From NCBI RefSeq assembly GCF_003231495.1, contig NZ_PQWO01000004.1, positions 60,001 through 92,000 of the forward strand: a stretch of DNA of 32,000 nucleotides, given 5' to 3'. Under the pieces are notes generated by a model. It was given only the letters and a program-made list of their open reading frames with translations, was not told where the DNA came from and searched no databases. A program made the position numbers and the translations under genes. The DNA comes from Acaryochloris thomasi RCC1774. Lineage in GTDB: Bacteria > Cyanobacteriota > Cyanobacteriia > Thermosynechococcales > Thermosynechococcaceae. Shown here piece after piece: positions 1-8,410 of the stretch (position 1 is its first letter; each line of letters begins with the position of its first letter).

Positions 1-18
1 TCAAACTTAGTAAACATC

Positions 19-645
19 CTAAGCCGCCTTCACTGTGGCAACACCCATCATCGCCTCTGGCGTTAGCAAGCCTGTCAACTGCTCTTCACTCATGCCTTCG
101 GTCCCGGCTGGACGCATGGGGAGAACCCACCAACGAATCTGAGCGCTGCTGTCCCAGACCTTGACCTGAACTGAATCATCAAGCTGGACGCCAAATTCAG
201 ATAAGACCACGCGGGGTTCTCGCACCACCCGCGCTCGAAACGTCGGATCTTTAAACCAGTAGGGCGGCAGTCCCAGCGTTGGCCAGGGATAGCAGGAGCA
301 GAGGGTGCAGACAATCACGTTGTGGACTTCGGGGGTATTTTCGACAATCCGCATGTGTTCGCCTTCCGCACCTGACATCCCCTCGGGGAAGTCCATTCTT
401 TCACAGGCGGCATTGCAGTCCTGGAGCAAGAGTTCTTTGAACTCTGGATCGACCCAGGCTTTAGCGACGATTTTGGCTCCGTTGAATGGTCCCATCTCGG
501 TTTCAAAGTAGCCGAGAATATTATTGACGGTTTCGCCGGTAATGATGCCTTTTTCAATCAGCAGAGATTCGAGGGCTTTCACTTTGGCGGCGCTAACAGT
601 TTCACGGTCAGCCCCATGCTTGAATTCTGGATAGTTGCTGGGCAT
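19..645 (-). CDS. nthA: nitrile hydratase alpha subunit, cobalt-type
   Basis: 208-aa ORF with the metal-claw motif VCTLCSCYPW (CTLCSC with Thr is the Co-type; the Fe-type has CSLCSC). AAGGAG Shine-Dalgarno lies 6 nt before the ATG at 645, directly after the nthB stop. Confidence 0.9.
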   Translation of the reverse strand: MPSNYPEFKHGADRETVSAAKVKALESLLIEKGIITGETVNNILGYFETEMGPFNGAKIVAKAWVDPEFKELLLQDCNAACERMDFPEGMSGAEGEHMRIVENTPEVHNVIVCTLCSCYPWPTLGLPPYWFKDPTFRARVVREPRVVLSEFGVQLDDSVQVKVWDSSAQIRWWVLPMRPAGTEGMSEEQLTGLLTPEAMMGVATVKAA

Positions 646-656
646 GTGATTCTCCT

Positions 657-1403
657 TTAAGCGGCTTCGACGTAGGCTTCAAAGATGTCGTTGTAGTAAA
701 CGACATTGGGTTCAGTCACGGACTCGTCCCACAAGTCTTCGGCATGGAAGACCAGACTATAGACCGGCATGGGAGTACCAATCCCGTCTGCGGTTGGGAA
801 AAAGTAGGTAAAGGCACCTTCGTAAACTTTGACCACTTCGGCAGTGTGACCTTTGAGATTCCCTGGCAGGCGACTGTGTTCACCGGGAGCAACGTTTTTG
901 ATCCGCACTTTGTCGCCGACGCTGAATTTTGGGGGAGCGGGTTGCGATCGCATCGGTGAATCGCCTTCGCGCAGGTACTTCTCAACTTGGGTATCAATCG
1001 CGGCATCGCCGCCGCTGGGTAAAGGGGCTTCTGCTTTAGCACTGTCTGCTAGAATTTCAGCCGTGCGGGCATCGAGTTCTTCTTGAGTGATGTAGCCCTC
1101 TTCCACAAAAAAGCCAGAAATGCCGCCCAGCCACTTTTCGTAGTAGCGCAGCCGAAAATATTCAAAGGGATGTATTCCCTCAGCTCCCATACGCAGATGG
1201 CCCCAGGTCCAAAAACTCTTGAACTGGGTCGGGACTTGATCAATTTTGTAGTCGGGGCGTGAGGAGTTTAGATGGTTACTGAGGGCCATCATGGCGGTGT
1301 GAATGCCAAAGATGCGCTTCTCCCAGGGTTCAACGAAGACCTCTAGTTCGGGGGTGATCGGGTCTAGCCCTTCTAGTCCGCCGAGATTGTGCTGTAGTTT
1401 CAT
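657..1403 (-). CDS. nthB: nitrile hydratase beta subunit
   Basis: 248-aa ORF. The N-terminus MKLQHNLGGLEGLDPI matches the beta-subunit pattern (xxHDLGG). It sits immediately upstream of the alpha subunit, the beta-alpha order typical of Co-type enzymes. Confidence 0.85.
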   Translation of the reverse strand: MKLQHNLGGLEGLDPITPELEVFVEPWEKRIFGIHTAMMALSNHLNSSRPDYKIDQVPTQFKSFWTWGHLRMGAEGIHPFEYFRLRYYEKWLGGISGFFVEEGYITQEELDARTAEILADSAKAEAPLPSGGDAAIDTQVEKYLREGDSPMRSQPAPPKFSVGDKVRIKNVAPGEHSRLPGNLKGHTAEVVKVYEGAFTYFFPTADGIGTPMPVYSLVFHAEDLWDESVTEPNVVYYNDIFEAYVEAA

Positions 1404-1469
1404 GGTTCTGCCTTGTTCTCAGTCAAAGAGTGTATGGATTCATGTGGAAATGGCGAGATGTTTTGCACT

Positions 1470-1500
1470 GGCCCCCCTAGCCCCCCAACCCTGGGGGGAA
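1470..1500. repeat. G/C-tract hairpin repeat, copy A (inverted orientation)
   Basis: GGCCCCCCTAGCCCCCCAACCCTGGGGGGAA. CCCCCC(1481-1486)/GGGGGG(1493-1498) form a 6-bp stem around a 6-nt loop. Related to copies B, C and D. Confidence 0.8.
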
Positions 1501-1675
1501 TGAATATTGAATTTGGATCTGCGTTTTACAGGGCTAGCCTTTGTGGACTTCGGGGGTGTTTGTATCTGTCGTGATCTCTCAGCCTTCATTGCGTTTGAGG
1601 AGATGAAGTTTCTACTGATTGTGAGCAAAGAGCTTAGAGACAGGATTTTATGGATGACCCTAAACGTGCGCTGCT

Positions 1676-1706
1676 CTCCCCCCAGAATTGGGGGGCCGGG
1701 GGGGCC
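1676..1706. repeat. G/C-tract hairpin repeat, copy B
   Basis: CTCCCCCCAGAATTGGGGGGCCGGGGGGGCC, near-identical to copy D. Stem CCCCCC(1678-1683)/GGGGGG(1690-1695), loop AGAATT. Confidence 0.85.
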
Positions 1707-1785
1707 AATGCAGGGTTGCACAAATTCCATCAATAGCTGCATGTACACGGTAGGAAAAAGAATCAGTTGTGTGTCTCTTCAATGC

Positions 1786-2766
1786 TCAGACGTGGGCATA
1801 AGTCTGAGCAAAGCAGTCTTGAAAACTTGCCCGGAGTTCTGCTTCATCTAAATTCCTGCCAATAAAAACCAGCTCGTTTTTACGAGTTTCTCCCGATCTC
1901 CAGGGCTGACCGGGCCTGCCATCTAAGGTCATGTGGACGCCCTGAAAGACAAATCGCCGCTCGGCATTATCGATGTCGAGAATGCCTTTCATTCGGAAAA
2001 TGTCTTGCCCCTTGGCCTGGATAAGCTGATTAAGCCAGCGGTTGAGTTTGTCGCTGTCTACGGTCCCGATCTCTGTGATCGCAACGGAATAGACCGATTC
2101 ATCGTGTTCGTGGGCCTCTTCGTCTAGAAACTCTGGGTCAATACTAAGGGCGTTCTTGAGATCAAAGGCTTGCACGCCCAGAATGCTATCTAAAGGAATA
2201 TCGCAGTTTTGGGTGCGCTGAAGGGTTGCGATCGCATTCATCCCCCTAACCTTCGACTCTAATTCTCCCAGTGCCTCAGCGGAAACCAGATCCGTCTTAT
2301 TGAGCAAAATCACATCGGCAAACGCGATCTGCTCCTGGGCTTCACTGCTATCCCAATGTTTGCCAATATGCTTAGCGTCGACGACCGTGACCACGGCATC
2401 TAGCTGTGTTTTCCGCAGCATCACTTCATCCACAAAGAAGGACTGAATCACGGGAGCGGGATCGGCCAGTCCCGTTGTTTCAATCACGAAGTGATCAAAG
2501 CGATCGCATCTCGTCATCAGGTCACTAATCAGGCGAATTAGATCGCCGCGAACGGTGCAGCAAATGCAGCCGTTGTTCATCTCTAAAATTTCTTCGTCAG
2601 CATTGAGGACCAGTTGATGATCAATCCCCACCTCGCCAAACTCATTGACAATCACGGCAATCTTCTTATCGTGCTCTTCGGTCAGAATCCGATTGAGCAG
2701 CGTGGTTTTGCCTGCGCCTAGATAGCCGGTGAGAATGGTGACCGGAATCTTTTGAATCATGACCAT
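1786..2766 (-). CDS. COG0523 (CobW/HypB/UreG-type) GTPase metallochaperone, paralog 1
   Basis: Walker [16 protein letters not shown], CxCC metal motif [10 protein letters not shown], acidic/His patch [10 protein letters not shown], CobW_C-like C-terminus. Sits between the Ni/Co permease and the nitrile hydratase genes. Confidence 0.85.
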   Translation of the reverse strand: MVMIQKIPVTILTGYLGAGKTTLLNRILTEEHDKKIAVIVNEFGEVGIDHQLVLNADEEILEMNNGCICCTVRGDLIRLISDLMTRCDRFDHFVIETTGLADPAPVIQSFFVDEVMLRKTQLDAVVTVVDAKHIGKHWDSSEAQEQIAFADVILLNKTDLVSAEALGELESKVRGMNAIATLQRTQNCDIPLDSILGVQAFDLKNALSIDPEFLDEEAHEHDESVYSVAITEIGTVDSDKLNRWLNQLIQAKGQDIFRMKGILDIDNAERRFVFQGVHMTLDGRPGQPWRSGETRKNELVFIGRNLDEAELRASFQDCFAQTYAHV

Positions 2767-2827
2767 CGGTTAAATCTCTCACTTTCTCTAAGGTGTCGGT
2801 CCATCGGCTGTTGGGATGTCTTTAGGG

Positions 2828-3328
2828 CTACGTGGGTTGGCGAGAGGTGGTCATCGCTTTGCCCCACGCCTCTGATAGGTAGCCAAAAATAGCGCCAAGA
2901 ATCATCGCTGCGATCGCAATTATCACGGGGTTATTCGGGGGGGCTGCCGTCACAGCCAACCCGGTCACGGCGACAGTCCCCACCGTCTGGGAAAAGCCCC
3001 ACACAATTGCAGGTGTAATGCCGTGGGTAAAAGGTAGCTTGGAAGCCTGCACCATCGCTGCGCTACCGATGCCCACACAAATGGCGGCAATCAGGGGACT
3101 TTCTCCGATCAGGTCAATCGCCAAGAGAGACAGGGCCGCAATGATAATGCCGGTGATATTGCAGGCAATCGATTTAATAAACCCCTGGACACCGCCGCCC
3201 ACAATGAAGAATGAGGCCCAGGCCGTAAACGTGACCCACACGGGCACAGGGATCACGGTGGCTGTAAGAAAGACATCAACGCCGCCAAGGACACCAATGC
3301 TGATCGTTAAGGCTTCTGACTGTTGCAT
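2828..3328 (-). CDS. small polytopic membrane protein, DUF1097-like
   Basis: I start it at MQQSEAL (ATG 3326-3328), which has a GAGGA SD 7 nt upstream. The longer track ORF (to 3490) would overlap hupE. About 5 hydrophobic helices. The family call is from memory of the YcdZ-like pattern and is uncertain. Confidence 0.5.
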   Translation of the reverse strand: MQQSEALTISIGVLGGVDVFLTATVIPVPVWVTFTAWASFFIVGGGVQGFIKSIACNITGIIIAALSLLAIDLIGESPLIAAICVGIGSAAMVQASKLPFTHGITPAIVWGFSQTVGTVAVTGLAVTAAPPNNPVIIAIAAMILGAIFGYLSEAWGKAMTTSRQPT

Positions 3329-3371
3329 AGGGGGTTCCTCTCTTGATGGGTGTTCTCCGATATCGGTACCG

Positions 3372-4055
3372 CTATCCCAAAAGGGCAGACGAGAGGAACG
3401 TCGCCCCGACACCACAAATGGCAAAACCGGCAAACCGCAGCGGCAGTTCGGGCATTTGATGACGTTTAAGAATTGCCCGACCGACGGCACTCATGCCCAG
3501 TGAGATCACCAGTTGAATCACGGTAAATCCCGTCAGATAAGCCACCATTGGCATCATGTCAGCGCCCACAATCGCTTCCCCGTAGGCATAGCCGTGGAAG
3601 ATACCTGCGATCGCACCTAACCCAGCCACTAGCTTCCAGTTTGGGCTCTTTCTCAGGGCCAACAGCACGCCAAACAGCAGGACTGATGCTGAAATAAAGA
3701 ACTCAGGAGCGGGTAAGTCCAGACTTTGCAAATGAATCCCTGTCCCCGCTAGACCTGCAATCACAAAAGCAACGGGAATCATAATCCCTTGGCGACTCAG
3801 GGCCGCTAATAGACCGGCTGCGATCACAAACACAAAGTGGTCCAAACCAATCACTGGGTGAGCAACACCCGACATAAAGCCCTCGAAGAAATTAGACGGC
3901 AGCTGTCCACCGAGGGGATGGTGGGCTAAGGCCGCAGGAGCCAGCGTCAACAGTCCTAGTCCAGCAAGTGCGATCGCACCTAGGGGACGAACCCATGGGG
4001 AAAATCTAGACCTCGTCTGATTGAAAACGATGAATGGCAAATTCAGCATCAGCAT
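3372..4055 (-). CDS. hupE: HupE/UreJ-family Ni/Co permease
   Basis: Signal peptide ending ALAHHPLGG, the signature HPVIGLDHFVFVIAAG, and multiple TM helices. This family is implicated in Ni or Co uptake. Confidence 0.8.
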   Translation of the reverse strand: MLMLNLPFIVFNQTRSRFSPWVRPLGAIALAGLGLLTLAPAALAHHPLGGQLPSNFFEGFMSGVAHPVIGLDHFVFVIAAGLLAALSRQGIMIPVAFVIAGLAGTGIHLQSLDLPAPEFFISASVLLFGVLLALRKSPNWKLVAGLGAIAGIFHGYAYGEAIVGADMMPMVAYLTGFTVIQLVISLGMSAVGRAILKRHQMPELPLRFAGFAICGVGATFLSSALLG

Positions 4056-4116
4056 TTCCTAGCGTAATCGGGATATTGACTTGGGAGTATTGAATAGATT
4101 GTCGTTTTGAAATCTT

Positions 4117-4148
4117 GGCCCCCCGCCCCCTCAATTCTGGGGGGAGAG
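4117..4148. repeat. G/C-tract hairpin repeat, copy C (inverted orientation)
   Basis: GGCCCCCCGCCCCCTCAATTCTGGGGGGAGAG. Its reverse complement, CTCTCCCCCCAGAATTGAGGGGGCGGGGGGCC, matches copies B and D. Confidence 0.85.
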
Positions 4149-4364
4149 AATATATACATTTTGCGGCTCAAGTAGAATGCTGCATTTGGGACCTTTGCTT
4201 AGAACGTTTGCAGACTCACCGCCCGCTCTCCTGAAGGCACCGAACGACTTTCCCAGCTTGCAGCGTAGAGCGTTAATTCAGAGAACCAATGCAGAACTGA
4301 ATCCTACACAAGCGGTTTAGATGAACGAGAGAATCCACGAATAATTTGCTCTAAGATGTTGCGA

Positions 4365-4395
4365 CCCTCCCCCCAGAATTGGGGGGCCGGGGGGG
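4365..4395. repeat. G/C-tract hairpin repeat, copy D
   Basis: CCCTCCCCCCAGAATTGGGGGGCCGGGGGGG. Stem 4369-4374/4381-4386. Confidence 0.85.
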
Positions 4396-4455
4396 AATGC
4401 AGAGCCGCCATGTATTTTATACAGCGAACCTATACATAGATTCTCAAACAGCGAT

Positions 4456-4899
4456 CTACCACTTTTTATAGGGCAAAAACTTGCCGCACATGGTGACTTG
4501 GACGCGATCTCCCTTTGGATCAGACACCTTATCAACCTCAATCGAAAAATCAATCGCGCTCATAATTCCGTCGCCAAACTTCTCGTGGATCACGGCTTTT
4601 ACAGGAACGCCATAGACCTGCATAATTTCGTAGAACCGATACACTAACGGATCGGTGGGAATTAAAGGATCAAGCCCACCCTTCATCGGGGGAACCGTCA
4701 GCGGTTCTGCCATCTCAGGTGGTAAACCCAACGTTTCCACAATCTTGCCCGCTTCTTCTTCAGAGGCACTGGCCTGACGATAGATCACTGAAGCAATCCA
4801 GGTTTCATCGCAGCCGACGACCTTCTCTAGGTCTTCAAAAGAAATACCCTTTGCTTTCTTCGCCGCTAAGAGCTTTTCAGTAATTTCGGCAGTCGTCAT
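4456..4899 (-). CDS. cynS: cyanase (cyanate hydratase)
   Basis: 147-aa ORF with full-length resemblance to CynS: N-terminal helix-turn-helix-like part, and C-terminal MSAIDF...[23 protein letters not shown] overlap with cynD. Confidence 0.92.
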   Translation of the reverse strand: MTTAEITEKLLAAKKAKGISFEDLEKVVGCDETWIASVIYRQASASEEEAGKIVETLGLPPEMAEPLTVPPMKGGLDPLIPTDPLVYRFYEIMQVYGVPVKAVIHEKFGDGIMSAIDFSIEVDKVSDPKGDRVQVTMCGKFLPYKKW

Positions 4900-5819
4900 A
4901 GTAAATCGTCCTTTGACGTATCAGTATTTGAGGAACGGTCTTTAGCCTGAATGCGAGACTGCTCGACATAGCGAGTCTCTCGATAGAGGTGGGCCTCCAT
5001 TTCGGTTCTCAGGCCATCGTAGGCAGGATGATGTTCGACCGAGTTGCGATCGCGCGGTCTCGGGAACGGCACATCCAAAATCTGGGCAATCTTAGCGGCA
5101 GGGCCACGGGTCATCATCACGATCTTGTCCGAGAGCAACAGTGCCTCATCAATACTGTGGGTAATCATGATCACCGTCTTGCGGTGCTGCTCCCAAATGC
5201 GCTCAATCTCTTCCTGCAGGTAGCCCCGCGTCAGGGCATCCAGTGCTCCAAAGGGTTCATCCATCAGCAACACCTTAGGGTTGATCGCTAGCGCCCGCGC
5301 AATCCCGACCCGCTGCCGCATTCCACCCGACAGCTCATGGGGATATTTACGTTCGGCTCCTATCAGATCGACGAGTTCAATATTCTCGCTCACAATTTGC
5401 TTAATGCGGGCCTTTGACAGCTTCGGATAGACTGTTTCAACCGCAAACCCAATATTGCCAGCCACCGTCATCCAGGGCATCAGAGCATAGTTCTGGAAGA
5501 CCATTCCCCGATCTGGCCCTGGCCCTGTAACGGGCTGGTTATCCATTGTCACCGTGCCGGTCGTCGCCTCACTCAGCCCGCCGATGATGTTGAGCAGCGT
5601 CGATTTTCCGCAGCCTGAGGGGCCAATGATCGTGACAAAGGTATTGTGCTCAATATCGAGACTCACCTCATCAATCGCCACAAAGTCGGGCGAACTCTGC
5701 CGATTGAACATCCCCCGTTTGCCGGGAAAGACCTTGGAGACCTGACTGAGGCTCAACTGAATGCCTGTAGGGGCTTCCATCGCAGGCGCTTGGGGATCAG
5801 AAATAGTGTGCATGATCAT
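4896..5819 (-). CDS. cynD: cyanate/nitrate-type ABC transporter ATP-binding protein
   Basis: Walker [10 protein letters not shown], signature LSGGMRQRV, Walker B LLMDEPF. 4-nt overlaps with both cynB and cynS. Confidence 0.8.
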   Translation of the reverse strand: MIMHTISDPQAPAMEAPTGIQLSLSQVSKVFPGKRGMFNRQSSPDFVAIDEVSLDIEHNTFVTIIGPSGCGKSTLLNIIGGLSEATTGTVTMDNQPVTGPGPDRGMVFQNYALMPWMTVAGNIGFAVETVYPKLSKARIKQIVSENIELVDLIGAERKYPHELSGGMRQRVGIARALAINPKVLLMDEPFGALDALTRGYLQEEIERIWEQHRKTVIMITHSIDEALLLSDKIVMMTRGPAAKIAQILDVPFPRPRDRNSVEHHPAYDGLRTEMEAHLYRETRYVEQSRIQAKDRSSNTDTSKDDLL

Positions 5820-6661
5820 GACCGGCCAAAGGAGACTAGTTTTTCAAGATAGGCAAAGATTTGGTCCAGAATCAGCCCCACCATGCCGATGATGAAAATA
5901 GCGACCAAAATGTTAGGGATGTACAGGTTATTCCACTCATTCCAGATGAAGTAGCCCAGGCCGGTGCCCAGCAGCATTTCTGCCGCCACAATCACCAGCC
6001 AAGCAATCCCCATACTGATGCGTAGCCCAGAGATAATATTGGGCAGTGCGGCTGGAATAATCACCTTGAAAATTGTGCGGAGTCGGGATGCCCCTAAGGT
6101 TTTAGAAACGTTGAGATAGTCATCGCTGACGTTAGCAACCCCAAAAGCGGTATTAACAAGTGTGGGCCAGATGCTGCTAATCATAATGATGAACACCCCC
6201 GTCTTCTCTGAATCACGGAAGATATAGAGACCGAGGGGCAGCCAAGCCAGAGGAGAGATGGGCTTCAAGAGCTGAACGTAGGGATTGAAGGCTTTGAAGG
6301 CAACTTTAGACATGCCAATCAGAATGCCTAGAGGAACCGCAACCAACGAGGCGGCGATATAACCGATCGCAACTCGCCTTAAGCTAATCAGCAAATTCCA
6401 GCCAATTCCCAAGTCGTTGGGACCGTTATCGAAGAAGGGATTGGTCGTCCACCACCACAGTTCCTCAATCGTTTTAGAGGCAGTGGGCATCCCCTTTGCA
6501 AACCATTTGGCATTTGCTCCCACCTCCCAGAACAGCAGGAACAGTCCCAGCGATAACAGAAAGACGAGCGCCGCCTTTATATTCTCATTGAGCTGAAAAG
6601 AAGATTTAGAAGAAGATGAGCTAGAAAGACTTGAGCTTGCGGCCATAGAGAACCTCGGCAA
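5816..6661 (-). CDS. cynB: cyanate/nitrate-type ABC transporter permease
   Basis: Polytopic NrtB/CmpB-like permease in the cynA-B-D-S order. The start may be the second Met (6646). Confidence 0.8.
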   Translation of the reverse strand: MPRFSMAASSSLSSSSSSKSSFQLNENIKAALVFLLSLGLFLLFWEVGANAKWFAKGMPTASKTIEELWWWTTNPFFDNGPNDLGIGWNLLISLRRVAIGYIAASLVAVPLGILIGMSKVAFKAFNPYVQLLKPISPLAWLPLGLYIFRDSEKTGVFIIMISSIWPTLVNTAFGVANVSDDYLNVSKTLGASRLRTIFKVIIPAALPNIISGLRISMGIAWLVIVAAEMLLGTGLGYFIWNEWNNLYIPNILVAIFIIGMVGLILDQIFAYLEKLVSFGRS

Positions 6662-6699
6662 CTATGTACAATGTGGTGCTTGCTTATACGCCGTATTTT

Positions 6700-8337
6700 C
6701 TATACACCATACTTATCGATCTGATCCTGGATGTACTGGCTTGGGTCGGCTGGATCAAAATCATCAAAGGCCAGTTTTTCTGTCTTATAGATTTCCTCCG
6801 GCGGCGATTGACCTAGCTCGGTCGCGAGTTCGCGGGCAAGGTCCGTCAGGAAAATATCTTGACCCACCTCGTCATATTTACCTTCTATCGCTGTCTTCGC
6901 CTTGCCGTCTCCCTGCAGATCCCAGCGGACAAGCTGCGATGAGATCCAGTTGGCGAAACTCTGCCAGGGATAGGGATCAAACCCAATCCGGTCCGGAACT
7001 TCCAGCCTATTGCCGTTGCCGTCATCAAAATTGCCCGTCAGCACCGCCTCGACCACTTCAGTTGGCTGGTTGAGGAAAGCCCGCTCCGAGATCGCTTTGG
7101 CAATCTCGGGGCGGTTTGCGGGATCGCTCGCATATCCGGCAGCTTCGATGATCGACTTATTTAAGGCTCGGAAGGTGTTGGGGTTCGCATCAATCCACTG
7201 ATCACTGGCAGCAAAGGCGCAGCAAGGGTGATTGGGCCACAAATCCTTCGTTAGCTTGTGAATGAAACCCACTTCCTCGAAGACTGCCCGTTGATTAAAT
7301 GGATCAGGCATCAGATAGGCATCAATATCTCCCGACACTATCTGGGCAATGCTATCCGGCGGCGGTACTGGACGAATTTTGACGTCTACGTCGGGATCAA
7401 GACCACCCGTCGCTAGGTAGTATCTCAGCAGCAGATTGTGCATCGAATAGGGGAACGGAACCCCCATCACAAACCCCTTGAAGTCAGCAGGGCCGTTGAC
7501 TTTACCCTTGTGGCGGTTGGCGACAGTGATTGCCTGACCGTTGATGTTCTCAATACTGGCAAGCTTTACCCCAAAGGAGGCCGATCCTAAGCCCAAGGTC
7601 ATGGCAATCGGCATGGGGGCGAGCATGTGGTAAGCGTCAAGTTCACCTGCGATCGCAGAGTCTCTGACCGCACCCCAACTGGGCATCTTCACCACTTCGG
7701 CATTGAGGCCATACTTCTTATAGAATCCCAGCGGCTCCGACATAATAATCGGTGTCGCGCAGGTAATCGGGATAAACCCAATCTTCAAATCTGTCTTCTC
7801 TAGATTCTCTGGAACGTCTGCCGAATCACCTGGGGCCGTGGGCGCATCGGAACCGCCAGGAGTACAGCTAGCCAGTGAGACCAAAGCTGCCCCCACAGCA
7901 ACATTCCTGAGAAACTCTCGCCGAGTCACGCTACTAATGCGTTGAGCATCGCTGAAGAACCGACCCGCTTGCGGTCCAAACGCAGCCGCAAAAGCCTGAT
8001 CTAAGCCACCGGCAAGCTTAATCAGATCATTAACAAGGCGCTCTCGCTTTGGGTCGCCCTTAGAAACCGTTTTTAGAAAAAGCTGCTTTCTCAACTCCGT
8101 TTGACTGAGCGTGTCAGCAAGGTCAAAACTATCGGGTTTGTATAGCCCCATCTTGATCAGGTCGTCCACCATATCGACCGGATCACTGGGCAGCGTCTCC
8201 ATGTACTGCCAATGATCTCGACTCATGTGAGAACCGCCGCAGATTGCACAGAGCAATTCCAGTTCACTGAGATTACCGCGCTGGGAAGTTAGGTTATCCC
8301 ACTGCTGCGAGGGACCGTTAAATGAAGCTACCGCCAT
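6700..8337 (-). CDS. cynA: NrtA/CmpA/CynA-type substrate-binding lipoprotein with an unusual 136-aa N-terminal extension
   Basis: The periplasmic-binding domain starts after an internal twin-arginine motif plus lipobox (V137-TRREFLRNVAVGAALVSLASC). The frame stays open 136 codons upstream to the ATG at 8337. An alternative GTG start lies at 7927-7929. Confidence 0.75.
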   Translation of the reverse strand: MAVASFNGPSQQWDNLTSQRGNLSELELLCAICGGSHMSRDHWQYMETLPSDPVDMVDDLIKMGLYKPDSFDLADTLSQTELRKQLFLKTVSKGDPKRERLVNDLIKLAGGLDQAFAAAFGPQAGRFFSDAQRISSVTRREFLRNVAVGAALVSLASCTPGGSDAPTAPGDSADVPENLEKTDLKIGFIPITCATPIIMSEPLGFYKKYGLNAEVVKMPSWGAVRDSAIAGELDAYHMLAPMPIAMTLGLGSASFGVKLASIENINGQAITVANRHKGKVNGPADFKGFVMGVPFPYSMHNLLLRYYLATGGLDPDVDVKIRPVPPPDSIAQIVSGDIDAYLMPDPFNQRAVFEEVGFIHKLTKDLWPNHPCCAFAASDQWIDANPNTFRALNKSIIEAAGYASDPANRPEIAKAISERAFLNQPTEVVEAVLTGNFDDGNGNRLEVPDRIGFDPYPWQSFANWISSQLVRWDLQGDGKAKTAIEGKYDEVGQDIFLTDLARELATELGQSPPEEIYKTEKLAFDDFDPADPSQYIQDQIDKYGV

Positions 8338-8368
8338 AACTGTTACGGATATTCCTATATTTGAATTA

Positions 8369-8410
8369 ATTAGACCTTAAGATTCAGGATCGTTTTGTAT
8401 TATTTGATAC
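8369..8410 (-). promoter_or_regulatory. candidate NtcA-activated promoter of the cyn operon
   Basis: GTATTATTTGATAC (8397-8410) is a GTA-N8-TAC site. On the minus strand it is followed by 22 nt and then TCTAAT (8374-8369), about 30 nt before the ATG at 8337. Confidence 0.45.

Noticed and set aside
1440-1748. Track ORFs 1440-1748 and 4317-4553, whose products share 'PPGPPILGG'.
   Set aside because: The shared peptide is simply the translation of the G/C-tract hairpin repeats. The rest of the two products is dissimilar and the regions are intergenic. I treat them as repeat artefacts.
2828-3490. Long form (220 aa) of the DUF1097-like ORF.
   Set aside because: The first 54 codons overlap the hupE 3' end, are Arg/Pro/Cys-rich and lack an SD. 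The internal ATG at 3328 has a GAGGA SD and starts the hydrophobic protein.
4056-4455. Possible cobalamin riboswitch in the 400-nt leader of hupE (cyanobacterial hupE genes are often B12-riboswitch controlled).
   Set aside because: I read the minus strand for the conserved core (GGGAA…GGUG.AAA.UCC…GCCACUG and the B12 box AGUCAGG..ACC.GCC). I found only loose fragments (GCTGGGAAAG, GGTGCC, GAGTCTGC) in the wrong spacing. A covariance-model scan (Rfam RF00174) would be decisive. A score above the gathering threshold would overturn this rejection.
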